From the IMG/VR virus record IMGVR_UViG_3300028832_000124: a stretch of 64,000 nucleotides of DNA. The stretch is one strand, 5' to 3'. The notes under the pieces are model-generated. The model searched no databases and was not told the origin of the DNA. It saw only the letters and a program-made list of their open reading frames with translations. The position numbers and the translations under genes are program-made. This stretch comes from an uncultured virus (IMG/VR IMGVR_UViG_3300028832_000124) (Duplodnaviria > Heunggongvirae > Uroviricota > Caudoviricetes). Shown one piece after another: positions 1-8,317 of this stretch (its first letter is position 1; each line of letters starts with the position of its first letter).

Positions 1-84
1 AACAGTAGTGATATGGTTTTTCTAAACGTCATCGTTACTAATAACGCTTTACGGGGCATATTTATTGTGTTTGTGGGGGATTTT

Positions 85-127
85 GAGCGGAATACGGGAC
101 TCGAACCCGCGACCCTCGGCTTGGGAA
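85..127 (-). other. att core: 3' half of tRNA-Gly(CCC)
   Basis: Minus strand TTCCCAA-GCCGA-GGGTC-GCGGG-TTCGAGT-CCCGT-ATTCCGC-TC gives anticodon loop, T-arm and 3' acceptor strand; no D-arm or 5' half upstream. Confidence 0.8.
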
Positions 128-184
128 AATTCTGAGCCAACTTGCAGAGCCTTTATTTATGGGGCTTCTAAGAATCGGTACAGA

Positions 185-207
185 TTGCTACACTATTTGC
201 TACACTA
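185..207. repeat. Tandem 11-bp direct repeat, likely integrase arm-type sites
   Basis: TTGCTACACTA at 185-195 and 197-207, about 60 bp from the att core. Confidence 0.55.
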
Positions 208-209
208 AA

Positions 210-605
210 TCACGTCTTTTTTATTATCCATACGATGATGATAACTACCAACCATATCGGTGGGACCAGTAAAATAACGGCCCAACCGAATATAAAGAGT
301 AAGGCAGCACCGATTAATGAGCCTACCACTATCAGAATATTAGTGATAAGTTCCCTGCGCCTTGCTGCCTGAACAGGATTCTTGAGCTTTTTGCTCTTCA
401 AATCCTCAATCATTCCGTTGATCGCCTCTTCACGCTTGTCATCGATACTGCGCCCGTCCTTTTGTTTGCGGAGCATACTATATCGAGCTTGGAAGGTGTG
501 AAAGGCGAACGAGCCATCGGAACCAAACAGGTTATTGACTTCATCCAACGAAGCCTTCCTGTTGGTACGTATGTACTCCAGAGCTGAGATACATTTATTC
601 TCCAT
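210..605 (-). CDS. Membrane protein (C-terminal hydrophobic helices), co-oriented downstream of the repressor
   Basis: 131 aa ORF, about 45-residue hydrophobic C-terminus. Confidence 0.7.
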   Translation of the reverse strand: MENKCISALEYIRTNRKASLDEVNNLFGSDGSFAFHTFQARYSMLRKQKDGRSIDDKREEAINGMIEDLKSKKLKNPVQAARRRELITNILIVVGSLIGAALLFIFGWAVILLVPPIWLVVIIIVWIIKKT

Positions 606-608
606 AGC

Positions 609-938
609 CTACCTGATTAGTGATACTAATTTATTCATAACATCTTCACGCTGTTGATAGTTGGCCACGAGCTGTTTACATAGCTCTATCAACTCCGTGT
701 TGGTGGCTACATCTACATTCCGTCGGTCTTTAGAGAGCATTGGGCCCTCACCATGTGTCAATAACCATTCCGCAGATACTCCTTCACACTTGGAGAAAAG
801 AAGTTCTACGTCAAATGTGTCACGTTTCAGCCATGCGCTGATGTTCTGAGCAGGAACGCCAATCATGTTGGCGAACTGAGCCTGATTGCCGTTTGTGTAG
901 TGCAATATCAGACATTTGAGCATTTCACTTTTCTTCAT
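609..938 (-). CDS. CI-like HTH repressor without S24 peptidase domain
   Basis: NQAQFANMIGVPAQNISAW HTH, VSAEWLLT motif; divergent from Cro-like gene. Confidence 0.8.
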   Translation of the reverse strand: MKKSEMLKCLILHYTNGNQAQFANMIGVPAQNISAWLKRDTFDVELLFSKCEGVSAEWLLTHGEGPMLSKDRRNVDVATNTELIELCKQLVANYQQREDVMNKLVSLIR

Positions 939-959
939 AACGACCTCCTTGTGTTAAGA

Positions 960-1013
960 ATCTACAAAATGTGTATATTATCTACAAAATTTTTATGTTC
1001 ATATCTACGAAAT
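960..1013. promoter_or_regulatory. Three operator-like direct repeats ATCTAC(A/G)AAAT
   Basis: Copies at 960-970, 980-990 and 1003-1013 in the cI/cro intergenic region. Confidence 0.6.
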
Positions 1014-1016
1014 GTT

Positions 1017-1024
1017 TATCTTTG
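1017..1024 (+). promoter_or_regulatory. Bacteroidetes-type -7 promoter element (rightward early promoter)
   Basis: TATCTTTG matches TAnnTTTG. Confidence 0.55.
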
Positions 1025-1080
1025 TACCGTGAAATCCAAGAAACGAGTTTACAACTTGTTTACATTTTGGTTCCAGACTG

Positions 1081-1088
1081 CAAATTTA
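1081..1088 (-). promoter_or_regulatory. Bacteroidetes-type -7 promoter element (leftward, repressor promoter)
   Basis: TAAATTTG on the minus strand. Confidence 0.5.
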
Positions 1089-1109
1089 AAAATAAATTTT
1101 TAAATAACA

Positions 1110-1301
1110 ATGGCAAGAAAGAAAAAAATTATTCAAGTACCCTCGGGAAACGTCGAAAAACTCATGAAAGTGATGCGTTGCTCCCGTTCAGCGGTGTTTA
1201 ATGCACTCGCTTACCGCTCTGATTCAGAATCTGCCAAAGCTATTCGCTCACAGGCTTTGTCTGCCTATGGGGGTATAGAAACATTTAAGTACGTTCTCTA
1301 A
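1110..1301 (+). CDS. Cro-like small HTH regulator
   Basis: 63 aa, LMKVMRCSRSAVFNAL HTH-like; first early gene. Confidence 0.7.
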   Translation: MARKKKIIQVPSGNVEKLMKVMRCSRSAVFNALAYRSDSESAKAIRSQALSAYGGIETFKYVL

Positions 1302-1313
1302 CCAACCACAACC

Positions 1314-2153
1314 ATGCAAGAAGGATTGATTGATTTTGGCGACAGCCACCCTGCACAAACTCCTATTAGTAGAGTCTTTGCCTATAACGGCACTAACGTA
1401 ACTTTTGCAAAGAAAGGTGGCATCGTCATGATCAATGCCACCCAAATGGCAAAGCCTTTTGGAAAGAGACCTGTAGATTGGCTACAGAACTCCCAAACCT
1501 CTGATTATCTCAGCGAATTATCCAAAGTGAGAAAAAGCACTTTGGCCGATTTAGTGAGAGTTACGAAGGGCGGCAACAATCCTGGCACATGGATGCACGA
1601 AGACGTAGCCATTGAGTTTGCTCGTTGGCTCAGCCCAGCATTCGCTATCTGGTGCAATGACCGCATCAAGGAGCTGATGAAGTATGGCATTACCGCCACT
1701 GAGACCACGATTGATAGTATTATCGCAGACCCCGACAACGGTATTCGTCTGCTGACAGCTCTTAAGCAGGAGCGTGAACAGCGTCAGTTGGCAGAATCAA
1801 GAGCTGCCTTGCTCGAAGAAGTAACCAAGGAGCAGGCACCAAAGGTAGCATTCGCAGATGCAGTACTCAGCAGCCCGGACTCAATCCTTATCGGTGAGCT
1901 GGCTAAGATTCTGTGTCAGCGAGGCTATCAGACTGGAGAAATTCGTCTCTACGAGCAGTTGCGCAATGAAGGTTATCTTTGCTCAGCTGGCTCCGACAGA
2001 AACCTACCCATGCAGCGTTATCTCGAAATGGGCCTGTTTGAAGTTACCAAAGGAACACGTTCCGGCAACGGTGGTGTTATGCACGTCACACGTACTACTA
2101 AGGTAACACCAAAGGGCTGTCAGTATTTCATTGATAAATTCCTTGCACAATGA
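1314..2153 (+). CDS. Antirepressor, KilA-N plus ANT/KilAC domains
   Basis: INATQMAKPFGK...GTWMHEDVAIEFARWLSP (KilA-N); PKVAFAD...ILIGELAK...TKVTPKG (ANT). Confidence 0.9.
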   Translation: MQEGLIDFGDSHPAQTPISRVFAYNGTNVTFAKKGGIVMINATQMAKPFGKRPVDWLQNSQTSDYLSELSKVRKSTLADLVRVTKGGNNPGTWMHEDVAIEFARWLSPAFAIWCNDRIKELMKYGITATETTIDSIIADPDNGIRLLTALKQEREQRQLAESRAALLEEVTKEQAPKVAFADAVLSSPDSILIGELAKILCQRGYQTGEIRLYEQLRNEGYLCSAGSDRNLPMQRYLEMGLFEVTKGTRSGNGGVMHVTRTTKVTPKGCQYFIDKFLAQ

Positions 2154-2260
2154 GTAAGCCCAGCCAACATGACATAATCATGATGTTCCTGCTTGCGTTC
2201 CTTGCATTCGGAATAGTATTCACCCTCATTTTCATGGTAGAATTGGTATGGCCGAAATGA
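2150..2260 (+). CDS. Small single-TM peptide (36 aa)
   Basis: MSKPSQHDIIMMFLLAFLAFGIVFTLIFMVELVWPK; ATGA overlaps with both neighbouring genes. Confidence 0.6.
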   Translation: MSKPSQHDIIMMFLLAFLAFGIVFTLIFMVELVWPK

Positions 2261-2484
2261 AAGTAGCAAAAATCGACACCCGTAAGCTCTGGCTCTCCAA
2301 CAAGGAAGCTGCCAAGTATCTCGGTGTTAGTAAGGACTGGCTCAAAGACCGTCGTGAGAGCGGTGTTCTGCATTACTCAGTAGTTGGCAACACTATCTTC
2401 TATATCAAGAAGGAGATTGACCGACTGATAGCTGATAATGCAATATCTGGCAAATCCATATTTAACGACATAAGCAACTTATAA
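2257..2484 (+). CDS. Excisionase-like HTH DNA-binding protein
   Basis: WLSNKEAAKYLGVSKDWL...FYIKKEID HTH_17-like pattern. Confidence 0.75.
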   Translation: MKVAKIDTRKLWLSNKEAAKYLGVSKDWLKDRRESGVLHYSVVGNTIFYIKKEIDRLIADNAISGKSIFNDISNL

Positions 2485-2595
2485 ATCCTCAGAGGTCCTA
2501 CATGTCGTGAGACACTACCTCAACTCAGAATTAATTGGTAAAAAATGTAACGATCCCCTTGGCCGCTGTGAAGTTCCCAAGGTTTTCAACAAAAC

Positions 2596-2676
2596 GGAAG
2601 AGTAGCTCAGTGGTTAGAGCGCACGGTACGGCCATGTACTGTGAAGGTCGCAGGTCCGAATCCTGTCTCTTCCCCA
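2596..2676 (+). ncRNA. tRNA-like RNA 1 (extended anticodon stem, 6-nt loop)
   Basis: Acceptor GGAAGAG/CTCTTCC, D-arm GCTC/GAGC, stem CACGGTAC/GTACTGTG with loop GGCCAT, T-arm GCAGG-TCCGAAT-CCTGT. Confidence 0.7.
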
Positions 2677-2798
2677 AGCCATTTTCAGCAGTGCCGATGA
2701 TGTCTGTGTGGCGAACAGAAGGAGGCCGGGGAATTGCTACGTGGCTAACAGTCGCACGGCTATTAAGGATTTATCCTCGCGATGATGACGGCCACGTT

Positions 2799-2815
2799 TG
2801 TTCTTTGACTTATTG
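2799..2815 (+). promoter_or_regulatory. boxA-like antitermination signal
   Basis: TGTTCTTTGACTTATTG resembles rrn/nut boxA (TGCTCTTTAACA-like). Confidence 0.45.
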
Positions 2816-2965
2816 ATACACAAAGTACACCGCAATAAAAGAAGTTTGATGAAATGATTCATCGAGTTATAAACCAAATATATGCCCCTGAAAGGACAGG
2901 GGAGAGGTGAAAGTCCTCACAGAACAGATAACAAACCCACATTGCCCTCAGTCGTGAGGGCAACA

Positions 2966-3074
2966 CTCCACTTAGCTCAGTCTGGCAGAGCGTCGGCAAA
3001 CCCTATTGAACAAAGTAAAGTGCCATAAAAATTAATATAGCCGAAGGTCGCAGGTCCGAATCCTGCAGTGGGGA
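2966..3074 (+). ncRNA. tRNA-like RNA 2 (42-nt insert in place of the anticodon loop)
   Basis: Acceptor CTCCACT/AGTGGGG, D-arm GCTC/GAGC, stem TCGGC/GCCGA enclosing 42 nt, T-arm GCAGG-TCCGAAT-CCTGC. Confidence 0.7.
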
Positions 3075-3076
3075 CT

Positions 3077-3253
3077 ATGGAAATATACATAAGCAAAACC
3101 AATTATAAGCTCCTTTGCGAGCTTGTTGATAAGGCGGTGGCCATCATTCAGCAGGGAAATTCTTCATGTCGCGAGTACAATATTGCCCGTCGGCTCAGAC
3201 TGACTAAAAATGCCATCGTCAGGCAGGTCGAGAAAGGTAATAACAAGAAATAA
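3077..3253 (+). CDS. Hypothetical protein
   Basis: ORF in early operon, abuts next gene. Confidence 0.6.
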   Translation: MEIYISKTNYKLLCELVDKAVAIIQQGNSSCREYNIARRLRLTKNAIVRQVEKGNNKK

Positions 3254-3254
3254 T

Positions 3255-4013
3255 ATGTACAACGAGAATGAAGAAAACCTATTTGGATGGGATATGCGCC
3301 ATCGGCCACCCATTACCATCCTTCCTACTGAGGAACACGGATGGGGAAATTCTCACGGGCGGTTAGCGTATTCAAACATGAATCGCTCCCAAGAATGGAA
3401 CTATAGCGAGTATGCTATCAAATCAATGGGGATGATGCCTAAGAACTATGTCATCGTCAACATTTCAGAAGTGAAGATCAACCGAGACACAGCTTTCAAA
3501 TGCGGACACAACCGGGTAGCAATTCCTATCAAGGAGTTTGCGCGTCAGAAACACCTATCGCTCAAAGAGCAATGGGAACTGATGAATCCACAATGGGTAG
3601 GAACGTATTTCGGCTATCGTGGAGAAGACCCGTACAAAAACCGTCGGCCAACATTCGAGCGAGCCATGCAGCAAGCTATGGATGAAGACAGGTTCGACGA
3701 GTTTATGTCGCAGTTCTGGTCAGCGGAATACGGACACAAGAAAGCTATCCAACGGCTTGAACGTCGTGCCGACAATCTATCAAGAGAAGCTGACAGTCTC
3801 TACCGCCAGTTCATCGGAAGGCAGCGTGAAGCCAGTAAAGTGGAGAGCGACATCAATAAAGGTCAGCTTGAACGATACCACTTGCAAGGCTACAATGCTC
3901 ACGAATATCTGGAAGAGCTTAAGAGAGAAGCCGAAAACCTGTATTGGCGTTATCGTCATGCAGAATCCAAAGCCAAGAAAATTAGAGAATATATAGACTC
4001 AATAACTTATTGA
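3255..4013 (+). CDS. Hypothetical protein with C-terminal coiled coil
   Basis: Long ORF; ATG at 3255 chosen because it follows the previous stop. Confidence 0.75.
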   Translation: MYNENEENLFGWDMRHRPPITILPTEEHGWGNSHGRLAYSNMNRSQEWNYSEYAIKSMGMMPKNYVIVNISEVKINRDTAFKCGHNRVAIPIKEFARQKHLSLKEQWELMNPQWVGTYFGYRGEDPYKNRRPTFERAMQQAMDEDRFDEFMSQFWSAEYGHKKAIQRLERRADNLSREADSLYRQFIGRQREASKVESDINKGQLERYHLQGYNAHEYLEELKREAENLYWRYRHAESKAKKIREYIDSITY

Positions 4014-4729
4014 TTATGCTATTACTGAATATGACACATGAAGAGGTGCGCAACGAGATTCTTAAGGACCTCCCCAATGTAGAGAATTGGGAACGCCACC
4101 TATGGAAAGACTTCCGTCGAAAGTCGCTCAAGATGCACGACTTTCCAAAGTATCTTTTCACGGAGTATGTCAGCCCTCGCAAGAACACTTGGCTCGTATC
4201 GACCAAGTTCTTCGGCAAGGACGATTTCTCTTCTACCTTCGGTGTGCTACAGATTCAGAATGGCCTCGTTCTTCATCAGGCTTTTGTCAATCAGGCAGAA
4301 CAACGATTCTCTACCATCTGCACCTTCATTCCTCACTTCTTTGAGAGGTACGCTCAGTACAATAATCTCGACCTCAAAGGTAAGGCTCTGATAAAGCAGA
4401 TGCTCAAGGATGACTGTTCCTTCAATATTGACAAGACGCAGTATATCTCTGGCCGCAAAGAACGCCACAGGGATGACAATGTACATGCTTGCATGAAGAA
4501 TGTAGTTGGTCTTGGTTATGAGGTTGGCAAACGTCACTATCTGATAAAAACCTGCATAACCTACGACATGTCTATGGGCAAGCAGAAGGAGATATTCGAG
4601 TCCAAGCGCAACGATGTACTGAGAGTAACGGCAAAGCCATCACTATTCACACAGCCGTTGACACGGATAAACTTAGGAATCACTGAGAAAGTAGTTGAAA
4701 AGCTCAAGCGAAAGCTGGGCATGAAATAG
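4010..4729 (+). CDS. Hypothetical protein
   Basis: About 239 aa ORF in operon; start uncertain. Confidence 0.75.
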   Translation: MIMLLLNMTHEEVRNEILKDLPNVENWERHLWKDFRRKSLKMHDFPKYLFTEYVSPRKNTWLVSTKFFGKDDFSSTFGVLQIQNGLVLHQAFVNQAEQRFSTICTFIPHFFERYAQYNNLDLKGKALIKQMLKDDCSFNIDKTQYISGRKERHRDDNVHACMKNVVGLGYEVGKRHYLIKTCITYDMSMGKQKEIFESKRNDVLRVTAKPSLFTQPLTRINLGITEKVVEKLKRKLGMK

Positions 4730-4755
4730 TGTTTAATTTAATTTTAGTATCAGTC

Positions 4756-5184
4756 ATGCAGAAAGTATTAGGTCAAGACATCAAAGACCTTGAGGAAAGA
4801 AAACAATTCCTCATTGACAATGCTGACAAGGTGGTTGAAATTGACTACCACAAGTCATTCGATTCTGACGAGATGGCTAAAATGAAGACGGATTTTGCCG
4901 AGAAGCACATCCGTATTGCCACGCTCGAAGAGAAGATCAAGGATTACAAAGACGAAATCAACCAAGAGTTGAAGCCTCTCAAAGAGGAAGTTTCTGTTAT
5001 CCGCGAAAACCTCAAGTCCAAGGGTAAGCTCGTTCATGAGAAATGCTACCAGTTCCTCGATGAAGACGAACGTATGGTGTGCATCTACAATGCCGAGGGT
5101 ATTCTTGTTTCCTCTCGCCCTGCAACACGCGACGAATTGCAGAAGACAATCCAGGCAGAAATCCGTATCGCTGCCAATCAGTAA
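4756..5184 (+). CDS. Hypothetical coiled-coil phage protein
   Basis: ORF from MQKVLGQ, charged helical composition. Confidence 0.75.
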   Translation: MQKVLGQDIKDLEERKQFLIDNADKVVEIDYHKSFDSDEMAKMKTDFAEKHIRIATLEEKIKDYKDEINQELKPLKEEVSVIRENLKSKGKLVHEKCYQFLDEDERMVCIYNAEGILVSSRPATRDELQKTIQAEIRIAANQ

Positions 5185-5204
5185 CATTTTAAACCATCAG
5201 TAAC

Positions 5205-5954
5205 ATGGATCCAGAGAAATTGAACATTAACTTCGCAGATGGCGAAGGAGTGAAGGAACTCATTATTCGTGAGGTTGACACCGTGGTAGAAGATAAGCTG
5301 CCCGTTCTTGAGCCTGACAAGGTGAACATCAGCGGCAATATCACAGCTATCTTCGCTTTCCTCGAAAAGCGTTGGCTCGCTGAGGATAAGCAGGTTGACC
5401 ACTGCCGTACTCACATTCTCGTTGACCGCGACAATCTCAAGATGACGCTCATTGTCAACGAGACTGACAAGCGTGAGAAGAAAGAGGTCATTGGTACTAT
5501 CCAGCTCTCTCGCCAGTATAAGGCTTTCGGTGTCAACAAAAAGTTGTGGGAATCTACCGACCTTGGTAACTTCTTCCGCATCAACCGTACGTACTTCGAG
5601 AAGAAGGAAACCAACATGCAGCTGGTCACCCTGCTCAAGCGTTTCACAGCCAAGGTGAACACCGAGGTAGAGCGCGAAGAGAAGGATAACGGCTCAGTAA
5701 CGGACGTATATCGTAAGGTTGTCGAGTCCAATCTTCCCGAGGCTTTTGCCGTGAAGATTCCTATCTTCAAAGGCTCTCAGCCTGAAACGTTCTCTATCGA
5801 GATTATTGCTCATGTCGAGGGTAAGCATGCCGTGCTCGAACTGATTTCTCCTGACGCAGAAGCAATCGTCGAGGAAGTCCGTGACAAGCTCATTGACGAG
5901 CAGATTGCAAAGATCAAGGAGCTGGCTCCCGAAATTCCTATCATTGAGGTGTAA
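5205..5954 (+). CDS. Hypothetical phage protein
   Basis: 249 aa ORF with biased codon usage. Confidence 0.8.
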   Translation: MDPEKLNINFADGEGVKELIIREVDTVVEDKLPVLEPDKVNISGNITAIFAFLEKRWLAEDKQVDHCRTHILVDRDNLKMTLIVNETDKREKKEVIGTIQLSRQYKAFGVNKKLWESTDLGNFFRINRTYFEKKETNMQLVTLLKRFTAKVNTEVEREEKDNGSVTDVYRKVVESNLPEAFAVKIPIFKGSQPETFSIEIIAHVEGKHAVLELISPDAEAIVEEVRDKLIDEQIAKIKELAPEIPIIEV

Positions 5955-5955
5955 C

Positions 5956-6081
5956 ATGGAACATTACCAACACCATAACGAGAAGCCTGTCAACAAACAG
6001 ACGGGCTTCTCACCTCTTGAGAAGGCAATGCAACGTGCGCATCAGCAAAACATAGAGAACTATCCAGAAATCTATTATTAA
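5956..6081 (+). CDS. Small hypothetical protein (41 aa)
   Basis: Fills the gap between two genes with 1-nt spacers. Confidence 0.5.
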   Translation: MEHYQHHNEKPVNKQTGFSPLEKAMQRAHQQNIENYPEIYY

Positions 6082-6082
6082 A

Positions 6083-6565
6083 ATGAGAGAAAGCGGATAT
6101 TACCCACCGGGTGCTGAGTTCGATCCAAACGCACCCTACAACCAATGCGACCCTCCCGAAATGGAACTTGCAGTTAAGGTTACTGAGGTTATGGTGAAAG
6201 ATTCCACCCTCGTAACCAATAACGCTTGGTATGTCGATGACGAGGAAGGTGGCCACTATCTTGAAGATACCAATCTTGAGCCTTGCAAAGAGTGGGCAGA
6301 GCAGGAAGATATTCTTCCCATCACCTTGCAGAAAGCCAAAGAGGAAATCACTAATCTGCGTATTGAAGCCCAAGAACAGCAGAAAAAGCTTGAGGCTCAC
6401 TACGGAGTCAGACATGGTGTTATTCCTGGCTGCAGGGCAGATGATACCTTCATGATGAAAATGCGTAAACATCTTTGGGATGCTATGGAGCGAGTCAGAA
6501 AGCTCAAAGCCCTTGAAGAAGCTCTCGACGGATGGGAGCAAGAAGAAATAGAAGTCGAATATTGA
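6083..6565 (+). CDS. Hypothetical protein
   Basis: N-terminal GYYPPGAEFDPNAPYNQ; 160 aa. Confidence 0.75.
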   Translation: MRESGYYPPGAEFDPNAPYNQCDPPEMELAVKVTEVMVKDSTLVTNNAWYVDDEEGGHYLEDTNLEPCKEWAEQEDILPITLQKAKEEITNLRIEAQEQQKKLEAHYGVRHGVIPGCRADDTFMMKMRKHLWDAMERVRKLKALEEALDGWEQEEIEVEY

Positions 6566-6601
6566 AGTTATAAACCATTTATCAAGTAATTATTAAGTAA
6601 C

Positions 6602-7429
6602 ATGGCAAACGAAGTTTCAACAACACAACAGAATCAGCCTCAGACGCTCCAGCAGCTCATGAATAGCGGTGCAGTTATGAAGAAACTCAATGATGTGCTT
6701 GGCTCTGAGAAGAAAGCAGCATCGTTCGTGTCTTCTGTAATCTCGGTAGCTAACGGAAACAACATGCTCCGCAACTGCAATCCGATGACAGTTCTCGGCT
6801 CTGCTATGGTGGCAGCAACATTGGACCTGCCTGTAGTTCCAACTCTCGGACTGGCTTACATCGTACCTTACAAAGGTCAGTGCCAGTTCCAACTCGGCTA
6901 CAAAGGTCTGATTGAACTTGCTGAGCGTAGCGGTCAGTTCAAGAACATCATCGACGAAGTGGTGTACGAAGGTCAGCTTGTTCGCAAGAATAAGTTCACT
7001 GGAGAATACGAGTTCGACGAGGATGCCAAGACCTCTGACAAGGTTATCGGCTACATGGCTCGCATGGACTTGATTAACGGATTCTCAAAGACTATCTTCT
7101 GGACGAAAGAAGAAGTTGAGGCTCATGCTACCAAGTTCTCACAGGCTTTCCGTGCTAAGCGTGGCACTCCTTGGGTATCAGACTTCGACGCAATGGCTCG
7201 AAAGACCGTGCTCAAAGCTCTCTTCGCTAAGTACGCTCCGAAATCTGTAGCCATTCAGAACGCTATCAAGTTTGACCAGGCAGTTGTCAAGCCAAACGAC
7301 AGCCTCACTGACGAGGACTTGCAGATTGATTCCTACGACGTTCAGTATCAGGACAACGAGCCTGTGCAGGAAGCTGTAGCAGAAGAAGTGAAGCCATCAG
7401 ACGATTTGTTTAACGAGAATAAGGAGTAA
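6602..7429 (+). CDS. recT: RecT-family single-strand annealing recombinase
   Basis: LGLAYIVPY, FQLGYKGLIELAERSGQ, W...FDAMARKTVLK motifs. Confidence 0.92.
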   Translation: MANEVSTTQQNQPQTLQQLMNSGAVMKKLNDVLGSEKKAASFVSSVISVANGNNMLRNCNPMTVLGSAMVAATLDLPVVPTLGLAYIVPYKGQCQFQLGYKGLIELAERSGQFKNIIDEVVYEGQLVRKNKFTGEYEFDEDAKTSDKVIGYMARMDLINGFSKTIFWTKEEVEAHATKFSQAFRAKRGTPWVSDFDAMARKTVLKALFAKYAPKSVAIQNAIKFDQAVVKPNDSLTDEDLQIDSYDVQYQDNEPVQEAVAEEVKPSDDLFNENKE

Positions 7430-7434
7430 GCCCT

Positions 7435-8217
7435 ATGGCAGACACATCGAATCTCGAGCAACGATCAATGGGATGGAGAAGAGCGCGACTCGGTAAGCTC
7501 ACATCTTCTGAAATCTCTGTTCTGATGAAGGAACACAAGGAAGCTATGACTGAGGAAGAGCTGGCAGAGTTTAAAGCTGCCAACCCCAAGTCAAGAGTGA
7601 CCACCAAGGTTGTTCCATTCTCTGATGCTACATTCACCTATCTTAACCGTAAGGTGATGGAACATTTCATGCCAGTAGATTCTGATGACACATATTCCAA
7701 GAATTGTGTTGACGAATATATTGAGCTGCACTCTCAAGAAAGCATGGCTACTCGCTATGGCTCTGATATGGAATCGGTAGCCCGTGAGAAGTACGCTGAG
7801 ACGATGGGATATGAAGTCTTTGAGACAGGTTTTGTACCCTACGACAAATATCCTCGCCTCGTTGGTGGCTCTCCTGATGGTGTTATCCGACAGGACCAAG
7901 GCATCATCGAAATCAAGTGTCCTTTCACGCTTGAGAAACACATGCAACACCTCATGTACGAGACTCCGAAAGAGTTGAAGGAGAATGAAGAGGAATACTA
8001 TTGGCAGTGTATGGCCAATATTCTCTTTACTGGCACCGAGTTCTGCGACTTTGTAAGCTATTGCCCCTACGTTTCAAAGAGCAAGCAGATAAAGATTCTG
8101 CGCATCTATCGTAACGAGGAAGACATCAAGCTTCTGACAGAAAGAATCTCTCTCGCTATTCAGTATATGAAGGATAGGATTGATAATATCAAGAATATCC
8201 AGACTATCATCAAGTAA
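7435..8217 (+). CDS. YqaJ/lambda-exonuclease family protein
   Basis: W..AR.GKLTSSE, GSPDG, IEIKCP, YYWQ motifs; adjacent to RecT. Confidence 0.9.
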   Translation: MADTSNLEQRSMGWRRARLGKLTSSEISVLMKEHKEAMTEEELAEFKAANPKSRVTTKVVPFSDATFTYLNRKVMEHFMPVDSDDTYSKNCVDEYIELHSQESMATRYGSDMESVAREKYAETMGYEVFETGFVPYDKYPRLVGGSPDGVIRQDQGIIEIKCPFTLEKHMQHLMYETPKELKENEEEYYWQCMANILFTGTEFCDFVSYCPYVSKSKQIKILRIYRNEEDIKLLTERISLAIQYMKDRIDNIKNIQTIIK

Positions 8218-8317
8218 GTTCCATGTCTCTCAGGTTGCCCATTGTGCCTGTTGCCATCAGCAGGTTTCCGTGTCCTACAGTGGGCAACTACTATGTAACC
8301 AATTTAAGTTTTAATCA

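Noticed and set aside
2677..2800. Possible theta/HDV-like, hammerhead or pistol ribozyme after the tRNA-like element
   Set aside because: Fragments (GGCTAACAG, GATGA, CGTGG..CCACG) are present, but I could not build the required nested pairings
2535..2816. 93-aa ORF over tRNA-like RNA 1
   Set aside because: Non-ATG start, no motifs; overlaps a clear RNA structure
2998..3039. tRNA intron explanation for the 42-nt insert
   Set aside because: Too short for a group I/II intron, and no splice restoring a canonical 7-nt loop is evident
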